From: Candidatus Latescibacterota bacterium
GTDB taxonomy: Bacteria; Latescibacterota; UBA2968; GCA-2709665
Assembly: GCA_963662665.2 (NCBI GenBank)
Contig: CAXXJS010000038.1
Location: forward strand, 1-23,578
DNA: 23,578 nucleotides
Direction of reading: 5' to 3'
Every line of letters starts with the position of its first letter. Position 1 is the stretch's first letter. Both the position numbers and the translations under genes were made by a program. Shown in pieces: positions 16,604 to 23,578 of the stretch. Under the pieces are notes generated by a model. That model had not been told where the DNA came from. It saw only the letters and a program-made list of their open reading frames with translations, and did not search any database.

Positions 16604-18109
16604 ATGCCATCCGATCAGAACATCCTGCTGCTCTCAGACGGCCCCGGCGGAACCATCGGTGCCGATCTCGACATTCTGTATCCCGGCAAGGTCACACGCC
16701 TGGACATTACGAGCGAATCCTGCGATCCAGGCGTTCTCGACCGGTATGAATTCCTGATCACCGTGGTGAACGACGGCCGAAACCTGAGGATGCTGGACTA
16801 CAACGCCGTTACTGCATTCGCCGAATCCGGAGGGCAGGTTGTCTCCTGCCTCTTCGAATACGCGCGCAACCGCGGCCTCAATTTCAGCAAGACCCACGTG
16901 CACGACCGCATCCGTCCCGAGATGCGAATCGAGATCGAAAACGACGTGACCCGGGGCTATTCCGTCGGCGACACCGTGTGGTGGTACGGAACCGTCACGA
17001 GCGCTCCCGATCAAAGCTATGCCAACCAGATGTTCCAACGTCAGATCCTGGACCTGGAGACTTCCGACGACGTCGCCGTTCTGGGCATATCCAATCTGAA
17101 CAGCGGCGCCGTTTTGCTGGAAGAAAGCGTTGGCGATGGCCGGATTGTGGCCATGGACCTGGTATCGCCGGTGCGTCCGTGGTACAATTCCTGGGGGAGC
17201 ACGAACAAATATCTTTTCCTGGGCAACGTCGTCAACAACGCCGTCCGTTACGGCAAGCACTATCCGGAACGCCTTTCCTACGATGGATTTGTCGATCTGA
17301 TGTTCGACACCGTGGAAGGGTATCCGGAACTCCACCTGGAGGATGAAGGACGTTCCAGTGACGGCAGACCGGTCTATTCCCTGAACGTCGGCGAAGAATC
17401 CAACCCCACAATGTACTTCGGCGCCGCCATACATGGCTGGGAATGGGAGAACGCGTACGGCCTCCTGCGCCTTGCGGAAATCCTGTGCCAGAGTCCGAAC
17501 GTGGAAGGATTGGAAACCCGCAAACTGCATTTCAAGATGCTGCCGGTGCAGAACCCCGGGGGGTTCGACCGCTTCACCCGCCAGAATTCCCGGGGCGTTG
17601 ACTTGAACCGCAACTTTGACTGCCACTGGGGTGACTTCCACTACACGCAGGACGTGCGGATGCCATGGGACTACAATTACATGGGTACGGAACCCGCCTC
17701 CGAACGCGAGACGCGGATCATCCAGCGCATCATCGACCGATGCCGGCCGCTCTGCGTGATCGATTTCCATACGGCCGACTACATTATGATGCTGTCCCAT
17801 AAGGGCGACGGGGAACTGCTTTCAGCCATTCACACCGATATCCGGGACCGCCTGAAGAACCGTTACCTGACTCAGAAGCCATACGCCGGCGCGTATCAGC
17901 AGGTCAACATGGATCGCATCACCAATTTCCGTCCACCCGAACCCTATTGCATTTCCTATGCGGCCGAACGCGGCGTCCCTGCTGCCTTCCTCATCGAAAT
18001 GTCGGGCAATCGCGACGACGTACACGCCCTCGTCATGAACACGGACACGGTTGTCGAAGTCTGCCTTGCAGCCGTGAAACAATGTCTGTTCAAAGGAGAC
18101 CCACCGTGA
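16604..18109 (+). CDS. M14 zinc carboxypeptidase-like protein with an extra ~215-aa N-terminal domain
   Basis: HGWE (HxxE), NPGG, RQNSRGVDLNRNF, DFH, FLIE; no signal peptide. Confidence 0.88.
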   Translation: MPSDQNILLLSDGPGGTIGADLDILYPGKVTRLDITSESCDPGVLDRYEFLITVVNDGRNLRMLDYNAVTAFAESGGQVVSCLFEYARNRGLNFSKTHVHDRIRPEMRIEIENDVTRGYSVGDTVWWYGTVTSAPDQSYANQMFQRQILDLETSDDVAVLGISNLNSGAVLLEESVGDGRIVAMDLVSPVRPWYNSWGSTNKYLFLGNVVNNAVRYGKHYPERLSYDGFVDLMFDTVEGYPELHLEDEGRSSDGRPVYSLNVGEESNPTMYFGAAIHGWEWENAYGLLRLAEILCQSPNVEGLETRKLHFKMLPVQNPGGFDRFTRQNSRGVDLNRNFDCHWGDFHYTQDVRMPWDYNYMGTEPASERETRIIQRIIDRCRPLCVIDFHTADYIMMLSHKGDGELLSAIHTDIRDRLKNRYLTQKPYAGAYQQVNMDRITNFRPPEPYCISYAAERGVPAAFLIEMSGNRDDVHALVMNTDTVVEVCLAAVKQCLFKGDPP

Positions 18110-19110
18110 TAATCACCGATATCGACCTCTTCGAAGTGGAAATCCCGCCGATTCCGCCCATTGCCAGATACCATCCCAAAATCTATTCAATCACACTGTG
18201 TCGCGTCCATACCGACGGCGGCATCGAGGGAGTCGGCGAATGCCAGGGCGAGCCCGCCCGATTCGCGGAAAAAGCCGCAGCGCTCACCGGGCAGGATCCC
18301 CTTTCCCTGGATCCCTTCGAACAGCCCGATCCCTTCACATGCGCGCTCCTGGACGTCGCCGGACAGGCCTACGGCATCCCCGTCTGGCGCTTTTTTGGGG
18401 AGAAGGTCCGCGACCGCATCCCCGTCTCCTACTGGTCCTGCGCCATGCAGCCCGAAGAGACCGCCGCCGAAGCCGAGATTGGCGCGAAACTGGGTTTCAC
18501 CAACCACAAACTCAAGGCGCGGCCCTGGAACATCGTGGAAACCATCGGGCTCATCAAGGAGGCCGCGGGGCCCGAATACACCGTTGGCGTAGATCCGAAC
18601 ACCGCGTTTCAGCGCCCGAGCGTTGCGGCGCGTCTTGCGGGTGAACTGGAACCGTTCGGAACGGTCGCCAACTTCGAGGATCCCGTGCGCAAAAACAACC
18701 TGGACTGGTATCGCCTCCTGCGTGAAAAAACACATATACCAATCGCGTTGCACCTGGGCGCTCCGGAAGCTGTGCTGAACGCGCTGAAGGCCGAATGCAT
18801 CGACTACGTCAACCTGGGGGGACCGGCTCAGCAGGTGAAGAAATCCGCCGCCCTCGCGGAAGCCGACGACGTCCCCTGCTGGGTGCAGATGGGCGGCCTT
18901 TGCCTGGGCGTCCTCGCCGCGTATTCCGTGCATGTCCAGGCAACCATACCCAATGCCACGCTGCCATGCGACGAACTGCCGTTCACCAGAGTGGCCGACG
19001 TTGTAAACGGCGCACTTGTCGTTGAGGACGGGCACTTCATTCTGCCCGAATCGCCCGGGCTCGGCGTGAAGCTGGATCTGGCCACGGTGGAAAAGTACCG
19101 CACCGGCTGA
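18106..19110 (+). CDS. Enolase superfamily (mandelate racemase/muconate lactonizing enzyme-like) protein
   Basis: GTG 18106 with AAAGGAG RBS, overlapping the M14 stop (GTGA); TDGGIEGVGE, ALLDVAG, KLK, DPN, EDP, PGLGV. Confidence 0.9.
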   Translation: MIITDIDLFEVEIPPIPPIARYHPKIYSITLCRVHTDGGIEGVGECQGEPARFAEKAAALTGQDPLSLDPFEQPDPFTCALLDVAGQAYGIPVWRFFGEKVRDRIPVSYWSCAMQPEETAAEAEIGAKLGFTNHKLKARPWNIVETIGLIKEAAGPEYTVGVDPNTAFQRPSVAARLAGELEPFGTVANFEDPVRKNNLDWYRLLREKTHIPIALHLGAPEAVLNALKAECIDYVNLGGPAQQVKKSAALAEADDVPCWVQMGGLCLGVLAAYSVHVQATIPNATLPCDELPFTRVADVVNGALVVEDGHFILPESPGLGVKLDLATVEKYRTG

Positions 19111-19136
19111 ACTTCAGCCGCATTCGGAGGAAAACC

Positions 19137-19475
19137 ATGCTCCAACTCGCACAAACCGTCCTGGCGCTGTACGGTCTCCTGCTGATCGCCGGCGGCATTA
19201 TGGGCAAGCTCAAATCGGACAGTTCGGTTTCGCTCGCCGCGGGCGGCATCAGCGGTCTGGTCGCGCTCTACGCGTTTTGGACCGGACGGACCGATCCCGC
19301 AACGGGGCTGCTCATTGGCCTGATGCTATCCCTGCTGCTTACCGGTATTTCACTGAGTCGCTTCATCAGGACCCGAAAGCTGATGCCGGCGGGCGTGTTG
19401 CTCATAGCCAGCATCGTCACGGCGGCCCTCATGTCGTATTCACGAAATCAACTCGGCATGACGGGTTCCGTCTGA
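19137..19475 (+). CDS. TMEM14 (UPF0136) family membrane protein
   Basis: YGLLLIAGGIMG..KS.S..SLAAG..SG and RFIRTRKLMPAG signatures; GGAGG RBS. Confidence 0.85.
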   Translation: MLQLAQTVLALYGLLLIAGGIMGKLKSDSSVSLAAGGISGLVALYAFWTGRTDPATGLLIGLMLSLLLTGISLSRFIRTRKLMPAGVLLIASIVTAALMSYSRNQLGMTGSV

Positions 19476-19493
19476 ACCGGGAGGACCACACCC

Positions 19494-20696
19494 ATGAAGA
19501 TCACCGACGTCCGGGTGCGGGAAGTCTCGGTTCCACGGATCTACACCACCTATGCAGCGGACCCGCAGGGGCTCCAGCCCGGTGAAGATCTCAGCCGGTC
19601 CAGATACCAGATCCTCGAGTTCTTCACGGACGGGAACCACGTCGGGCTGGGCGAAGTCCCGGACATCGCCGACCGGATGAATCCGCTCCAGGCCGGCGAT
19701 TTGCGCAATCTCCTGCTGCGGGTATTGAGAGACGGCGACGTCGCCGATCGAAACCATCTGTGCGCCCGTGTCGCGGCGGAACTGCCGGCTGACGTTCATC
19801 CCGAACTCAGGGGTCTCACCCGGTTCGGCGTGGAGATCGCTCTGCTCGACCTCGCCGGAAAGCAATACGGCGCCCCCGTTTTCGAACTCCTGGGCGGGCG
19901 CCGTCACGAACGCGTTGACGTCTGTTGGGTGGCCTATATGCGGCGGGGCGTCTCACTGCAGGAAGAGCTCGACGCGCTTGAAGAAGAAATCATAACAATG
20001 GTCTCCCGTGGACTCCGGGCTTTCAAGCTGAAAGTCGGAGAGGACCTTTCACGCGATCTGGACCGTATCGCGCGTCTTCGCAAGGTAGCGGGTCCCGACG
20101 TCTACCTCAAAGTCGACGCCAGCGGCGCGTGGGAGGAGGACGAGGCCGTGGAAAAAATCCGGGACATGGCCGCCGCCGGCATCGATGCCTGCGAGACGCC
20201 GGTAGTCGCCGTGAACCGCGCTGTCGCCAACGACAATCCCGAATGGATCAACGAAAATGCAGAGGAAGCGGCCTGCTCGCTGGCCCGCGTCCGGAAACAG
20301 ACCCCCGTTCAGATCATCGAACACGTGGCCGATATGGACGATGGTTTCTCAACGGCGCTCATACGCCACCGGGCCGTGGACGTCATTAACGTCATCCCCT
20401 CCCAGGCCGGCGGTATCCTGCGCAGCCAACGTCTGATCCATACCGCACAGGCGGCAGGGGTCCCCGCGCTGCTGGGAAGCACGGTGGAGATGGGTCCCGG
20501 CACCGCCGCGTTTGTCCACCTTGCCGTTGCTTCCGATAACGTAACGGTTCCATCGGACCTGGTCGGGCCGGCCCTCCTGGTGGATGATATCTGCACGACG
20601 CCGTTCAGGTACCGGAGCGGCACGCTCCAACCCTTCGATGGACCCGGCCTCGGCGTTGAATTGGACGAACAGAAAATGAGGCGATGGGCAGTCTGA
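19494..20696 (+). CDS. Enolase superfamily protein resembling the galactarate dehydratase II (GalrD-II) subgroup
   Basis: GLGE, IALLDLAGK, FKLKVG, VDAS, ETP, IIEHV, LGSTVE, SDLVGP, GPGLGVELD. Confidence 0.9.
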   Translation: MKITDVRVREVSVPRIYTTYAADPQGLQPGEDLSRSRYQILEFFTDGNHVGLGEVPDIADRMNPLQAGDLRNLLLRVLRDGDVADRNHLCARVAAELPADVHPELRGLTRFGVEIALLDLAGKQYGAPVFELLGGRRHERVDVCWVAYMRRGVSLQEELDALEEEIITMVSRGLRAFKLKVGEDLSRDLDRIARLRKVAGPDVYLKVDASGAWEEDEAVEKIRDMAAAGIDACETPVVAVNRAVANDNPEWINENAEEAACSLARVRKQTPVQIIEHVADMDDGFSTALIRHRAVDVINVIPSQAGGILRSQRLIHTAQAAGVPALLGSTVEMGPGTAAFVHLAVASDNVTVPSDLVGPALLVDDICTTPFRYRSGTLQPFDGPGLGVELDEQKMRRWAV

Positions 20697-20711
20697 GATC
20701 GCGGGCAATGT

Positions 20712-21152
20712 CTATGACGATTCAGATTCCCGGACGTCGAGACCCAACCCCTCGTCTTCACAGAGCTTTCTCAATTTGCGTATCGCACCGCCCACCCGCC
20801 GGCCCCCGCGCGTAATACCGAACAGGTGCTGGCTGACCACGCGGCGGGAGATCCCCATAATCTCGGCGATTTCCCGTTGCGTCTTTCCGTGGCGGAAATA
20901 CAGAAACGTCGCCTCTTTCTGTTTCTCCGTGAGGCAATGCGGTACCGCCTCCAGAATCCGGAGAGCCAGGTCCGCAATCCGGTCCTCCCACACGTACCGC
21001 AGGCGTCGATCATCGCCGGACTCGAACCAGAGGCCGTCTTCGTCGGAAATCTTCTCCAGCTCGCATTGATTCAGCCGTACTTCCCAGAAATCGGAGTTGT
21101 ACATGTAATCGATCATCTCCTCCGTGTCAGGATCAACCACGCCTTCAGGCAC
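20712..21152 (-). CDS. Sigma-70 region 4 HTH-only protein
   Basis: LTEKQKEATFLYFRHGKTQREIAEIMGISRRVVSQHL...AIRKLRK; no region 2 recognisable; start uncertain (GTG 21152, ATG 21116 or ATG 21104; GGAGG at 21119-21123). Confidence 0.85.
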   Translation of the reverse strand: MPEGVVDPDTEEMIDYMYNSDFWEVRLNQCELEKISDEDGLWFESGDDRRLRYVWEDRIADLALRILEAVPHCLTEKQKEATFLYFRHGKTQREIAEIMGISRRVVSQHLFGITRGGRRVGGAIRKLRKLCEDEGLGLDVRESESS

Positions 21153-21153
21153 G

Positions 21154-21185
21154 AAAAAAACCGCGGGAACTAAGCCTACCCGCGG
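21154..21185 (-). terminator. Intrinsic terminator directly upstream of the sigma-region-4 gene
   Basis: Minus strand CCGCGGG-N11-CCCGCGG followed by TTTTTTT. Confidence 0.8.
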
Positions 21186-21228
21186 CTCCGGAGGGACAAT
21201 CGAGTTGCAAGAAACGGCTGTGATTCCG

Positions 21229-21282
21229 TCAAATACGCCCGGGAGGCGGATAGGTTACGAGGAAGTTTCCGGTCAGCCTCAT
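21229..21282 (-). CDS. Putative 17-aa leader peptide MRLTGNFLVTYPPPGRI
   Basis: GGGAGG SD 6 nt before ATG 21282; TGA at 21229-21231; lies between a predicted promoter and the terminator. Confidence 0.55.
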   Translation of the reverse strand: MRLTGNFLVTYPPPGRI

Positions 21283-21358
21283 TTTTCGCCTCCCTTCTGC
21301 AAAAACGTAAAAAGGGTGAACACGTCAAGCGCCATCAGGCACAATCACGGGCTCCTGC

Positions 21359-21388
21359 AATATACACAATTGCGGATGCACTATTCAA
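21359..21388 (-). promoter_or_regulatory. Putative sigma70-type promoter for the leader/sigma-region-4 transcript
   Basis: Minus strand TTGAAT-N18-TATATT just after the rarA stop. Confidence 0.45.
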
Positions 21389-21390
21389 CG

Positions 21391-22725
21391 CTAAACGTCG
21401 TCCGGCGCGCTTTCCATTCCTGACTTTCGCCTTCTCAACGCGTCCCACCAGTCCATCAGTTCCCGGACCCGCTGTTCGTATCCCCGATCGGAGGGACGAT
21501 AATAGGCCCGGCCCTCCAGATTTTCCGGCAAATGGCTCTGCGCCACGTACCCGTCCGGATCGTCGTGCGCGTATTGGTATCCCCGCCCGTATCCCAATTC
21601 CTGCATCAGGCTCGTCGGTGCATTTCTGAGGTGTACCGGAACGGGCAGATTCGGCTGTTCGATGACGTCCTTCCGGGCTTCGCCGTAGGCCCTGTAAACC
21701 GAATTGCTCTTGGCTGCGGTGGCCAGATACACGGCCGCGTGTGCAATGGCCAGATCGCCTTCGGGGCTTCCCAGAAAATCGTAAGCGTCTTTGGCGGCCA
21801 GCGCAATGGATAGCGCCCGGGGATCCGCGTTTCCGATATCCTCCGACGCAAATCGGACCATCCGACGCAGGATATAGTGCGGGTGTTCGCCCGATTCCAT
21901 CATTCGGGCCAGCCAGTATAGCGACGCATGCGGATCGCTGTCCCTCAGGCTCTTGTGCAGCGCAGAAATCAGATTATAGTGTTCCTCGCCGCTCTTGTCG
22001 TACAGAAACGCCTTGCTTCCCATAGCCGCCTTGACAGACTCCGCCGTCAACCGGCTACCCGTCCCCGCGGATGCCGCGGCCATTTCCAGGACATTCAGCG
22101 CACGGCGGGCGTCTCCCTCCGCCGCAGCGGCTATCGTCTCAAGCGCATCCGGGTGGGCGGTAACGTCCGGCAGCCCGCGCCCGTCGCCGGCAAGCGCGGC
22201 GTCCAGGATTTCGCAAATTTCCGGAACGTCCAGCAGATTCAACACAAACACCTGTGTCCGTGAAAGCAGCGCCGCGTTCACCTCAAAGGAAGGATTCTCG
22301 GTCGTTGCCCCTATCAGATTGATGGTGCCGTCTTCGACGTGCGGCAGGAACGCGTCCTGTTGCGCCCGGTTGAAACGGTGAATCTCATCGATGAACAGGG
22401 TGGTCCGCCTCCCCAACCGGCGTTCCCCTTTTGCGCGCGCGACAATCTCCCTGACCTCCTTCACTCCGGAAGTGACCGCGCTGAACGCTACAAACCGGCT
22501 CTTCGTCAACCCGGCCACGAGCCGCGCCAGCGTGGTCTTGCCCGAACCCGGCGGGCCCCAGAAGATCATCGAAGGCGCCCGGTCGCCTTCGATCAACTTG
22601 CGAAACGGAGCGTCCGGCGCCGTGAGGTGATCCTGCCCATGCACCTCATCCAGGCAGCGCGGCCTCATCCGGTCCGCAAGCGGCGCCTCCGGTTCCAGCG
22701 CGGCGAACAGGTTATCCCCAACCAT
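21391..22725 (-). CDS. rarA: Replication-associated recombination protein A (RarA/MgsA, AAA+ ATPase)
   Basis: PLADRMRP, WGPPGSGKTT, FIDEIHRFN, GATTENPSF, GDARRALN, YNLISALHKS, ASEDIGNADP, GYGRGYQYAHD. Confidence 0.97.
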   Translation of the reverse strand: MVGDNLFAALEPEAPLADRMRPRCLDEVHGQDHLTAPDAPFRKLIEGDRAPSMIFWGPPGSGKTTLARLVAGLTKSRFVAFSAVTSGVKEVREIVARAKGERRLGRRTTLFIDEIHRFNRAQQDAFLPHVEDGTINLIGATTENPSFEVNAALLSRTQVFVLNLLDVPEICEILDAALAGDGRGLPDVTAHPDALETIAAAAEGDARRALNVLEMAAASAGTGSRLTAESVKAAMGSKAFLYDKSGEEHYNLISALHKSLRDSDPHASLYWLARMMESGEHPHYILRRMVRFASEDIGNADPRALSIALAAKDAYDFLGSPEGDLAIAHAAVYLATAAKSNSVYRAYGEARKDVIEQPNLPVPVHLRNAPTSLMQELGYGRGYQYAHDDPDGYVAQSHLPENLEGRAYYRPSDRGYEQRVRELMDWWDALRRRKSGMESAPDDV

Positions 22726-22996
22726 ACCGTCTCCCTGGACCGGCCGACAGCGATTTCAACTTTCGCACCAGGACCCGCTCGTTCACACGGAATGCGAATA
22801 ATTCTTCGCCGTTTACGTACACCACCGGGACCCGCTCGTTGTACGACGCGTATCGTTCCGGATCGTCGTCGACGTCGACGGTCTCGAAACGAAACATGAC
22901 ATGCTTGCCCGCCGACTCGATACGCCCTTTCGCAACGTCGCACAGGTGGCAGTCGTCTCTGGAATAAAGCCTGACCACGGGGAGATTATCGTCCAT
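22712..22996 (-). CDS. Glutaredoxin-like protein (DUF836 type)
   Basis: LYSRDDCHLCD (CxxC), VDVDDD, RVPVV; overlaps the rarA start. Confidence 0.88.
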   Translation of the reverse strand: MDDNLPVVRLYSRDDCHLCDVAKGRIESAGKHVMFRFETVDVDDDPERYASYNERVPVVYVNGEELFAFRVNERVLVRKLKSLSAGPGRRYGWG

Positions 22997-23144
22997 TGGG
23001 AATTACCGCGGGCGAGCCACTTCGACGGGGTGTGAAAACCGGCGGAAGGTATGGTGCGACAGACGACGCAAGCCGCCGAAAAGTTAACGTGAAACCCGGC
23101 ACCGGTCAAGCGGAAAGGGGCGCCGATCCCGGCACTGATTTCCC

Positions 23145-23172
23145 TTGTCACCGTTCCGATAAACCCTATCTT
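23145..23172 (+). promoter_or_regulatory. Putative sigma70-type promoter
   Basis: TTGTCA-N16-TATCTT upstream of ATG 23287. Confidence 0.4.
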
Positions 23173-23286
23173 TAATCGCCCCGACCCACCGGGAAACGCC
23201 GTGAAACGATCCGCAAGCGGGTGTTCCCGTTCAGAGGGCGGATCTGCCAACATCAATGCGTATCGGAATCCGAAAGGACCCCTGAT

Positions 23287-23578
23287 ATGGGCGAGGCGGA
23301 AATTCGCGACTGCTACGGGTGGGCGGAAATCGACCCGGACGAACCGGTAACCGCCGGCGCCACAGGTACCTGGCGAATCATCTATCACGCGGGCAGATAC
23401 GGCGTGGACGACGGCGGCGTCATAAAGATCGCATGGCGCGACGTAAGCGATTGGCAGGCGCCCCAGTTCGACGATCCGGCCGCGCCCGGTTTCGCCTCCG
23501 TTGACACCACGGGACCCTCGTCGCTCCGCCCGGCCTTCGAAAAGCAGCGCTACGTGCGACCCTGGCGCTTATGTGTCA
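23287..23578 (+). CDS. Probable DUF3604-containing protein, N-terminal part (runs off the window)
   Basis: Manual translation MGEAEIRDCYGWAEIDP...YHAGRYGVDDGGVIKIAWRDVSDWQAPQFDDPAAPGF...RPW; AAAGGA RBS; the GxDD.G / PQFxDP pattern is recalled from DUF3604 protein N-termini. Confidence 0.65.
   Translation, partial: MGEAEIRDCYGWAEIDPDEPVTAGATGTWRIIYHAGRYGVDDGGVIKIAWRDVSDWQAPQFDDPAAPGFASVDTTGPSSLRPAFEKQRYVRPWRLCV

Noticed and set aside
17947-18105. Upstream extension of the first enolase
   Set aside because: It lies inside the M14 gene; GTG 18106 has a good RBS and a stop/start overlap.
10823-19035. Long antisense ORFs (e.g. 10823..12112, 12192..12965, 16634..17800, 18187..19035)
   Set aside because: Shadow ORFs of GC-rich genes that have clear family motifs on the opposite strand.
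21154-21355. 6S RNA or SRP RNA next to rarA
   Set aside because: The size and rarA adjacency are suggestive, but I could not find the full-length closing stem of 6S or the SRP GNRA-loop motif. The uORF-attenuator reading fits better; an Rfam scan would settle it.
23185-23235. Cobalamin riboswitch (GGGAA...GTGAAA)
   Set aside because: The downstream GCCCCCGC-ACTGT core and B12 box are absent.
22813-23504. ORFs 22813..23388 (-) and 23319..23504 (+)
   Set aside because: They overlap the glutaredoxin-like gene and the DUF3604-like frame starting at 23287, and show no motifs.

Overview
GC-rich bacterial chromosome segment in two parts. The left ~7.4 kb is an accessory patchwork. It holds a SWIM zinc-finger gene (partial), a small membrane-anchored coiled-coil gene and an XRE-HTH/ImmA-IrrE metallopeptidase. 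It also holds a truncated SDR fragment, an internally deleted IS21-family element with intact ends encoding an apparent in-frame IstA-IstB fusion, two DUF5677-like helical hypotheticals, a hicB-hicA toxin-antitoxin pair, and a ~700 bp intergenic mosaic of REP-like palindromes. The right part looks like core/metabolic DNA. It includes a PolX-PHP with a degenerate polymerase active site and a long catabolic cluster: two Gfo/Idh/MocA oxidoreductases, M42 and M14 peptidases, a TIM-barrel isomerase, a CtBP-like dehydrogenase, two atypical enolase-superfamily enzymes and a TMEM14 protein. It ends with a sigma-70 region-4-only gene, rarA, a glutaredoxin-like gene and a partial DUF3604-like gene. The most notable unannotated signal is a ~200-nt leader upstream of the sigma-region-4 gene. 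It has a predicted promoter, a 17-codon uORF ending in Pro-Pro-Pro-Gly, alternative pairings and an intrinsic terminator, which together suggest a polyproline/ribosome-stalling attenuator. All family assignments come from motif recognition by eye; no database searches or folding programs were run.
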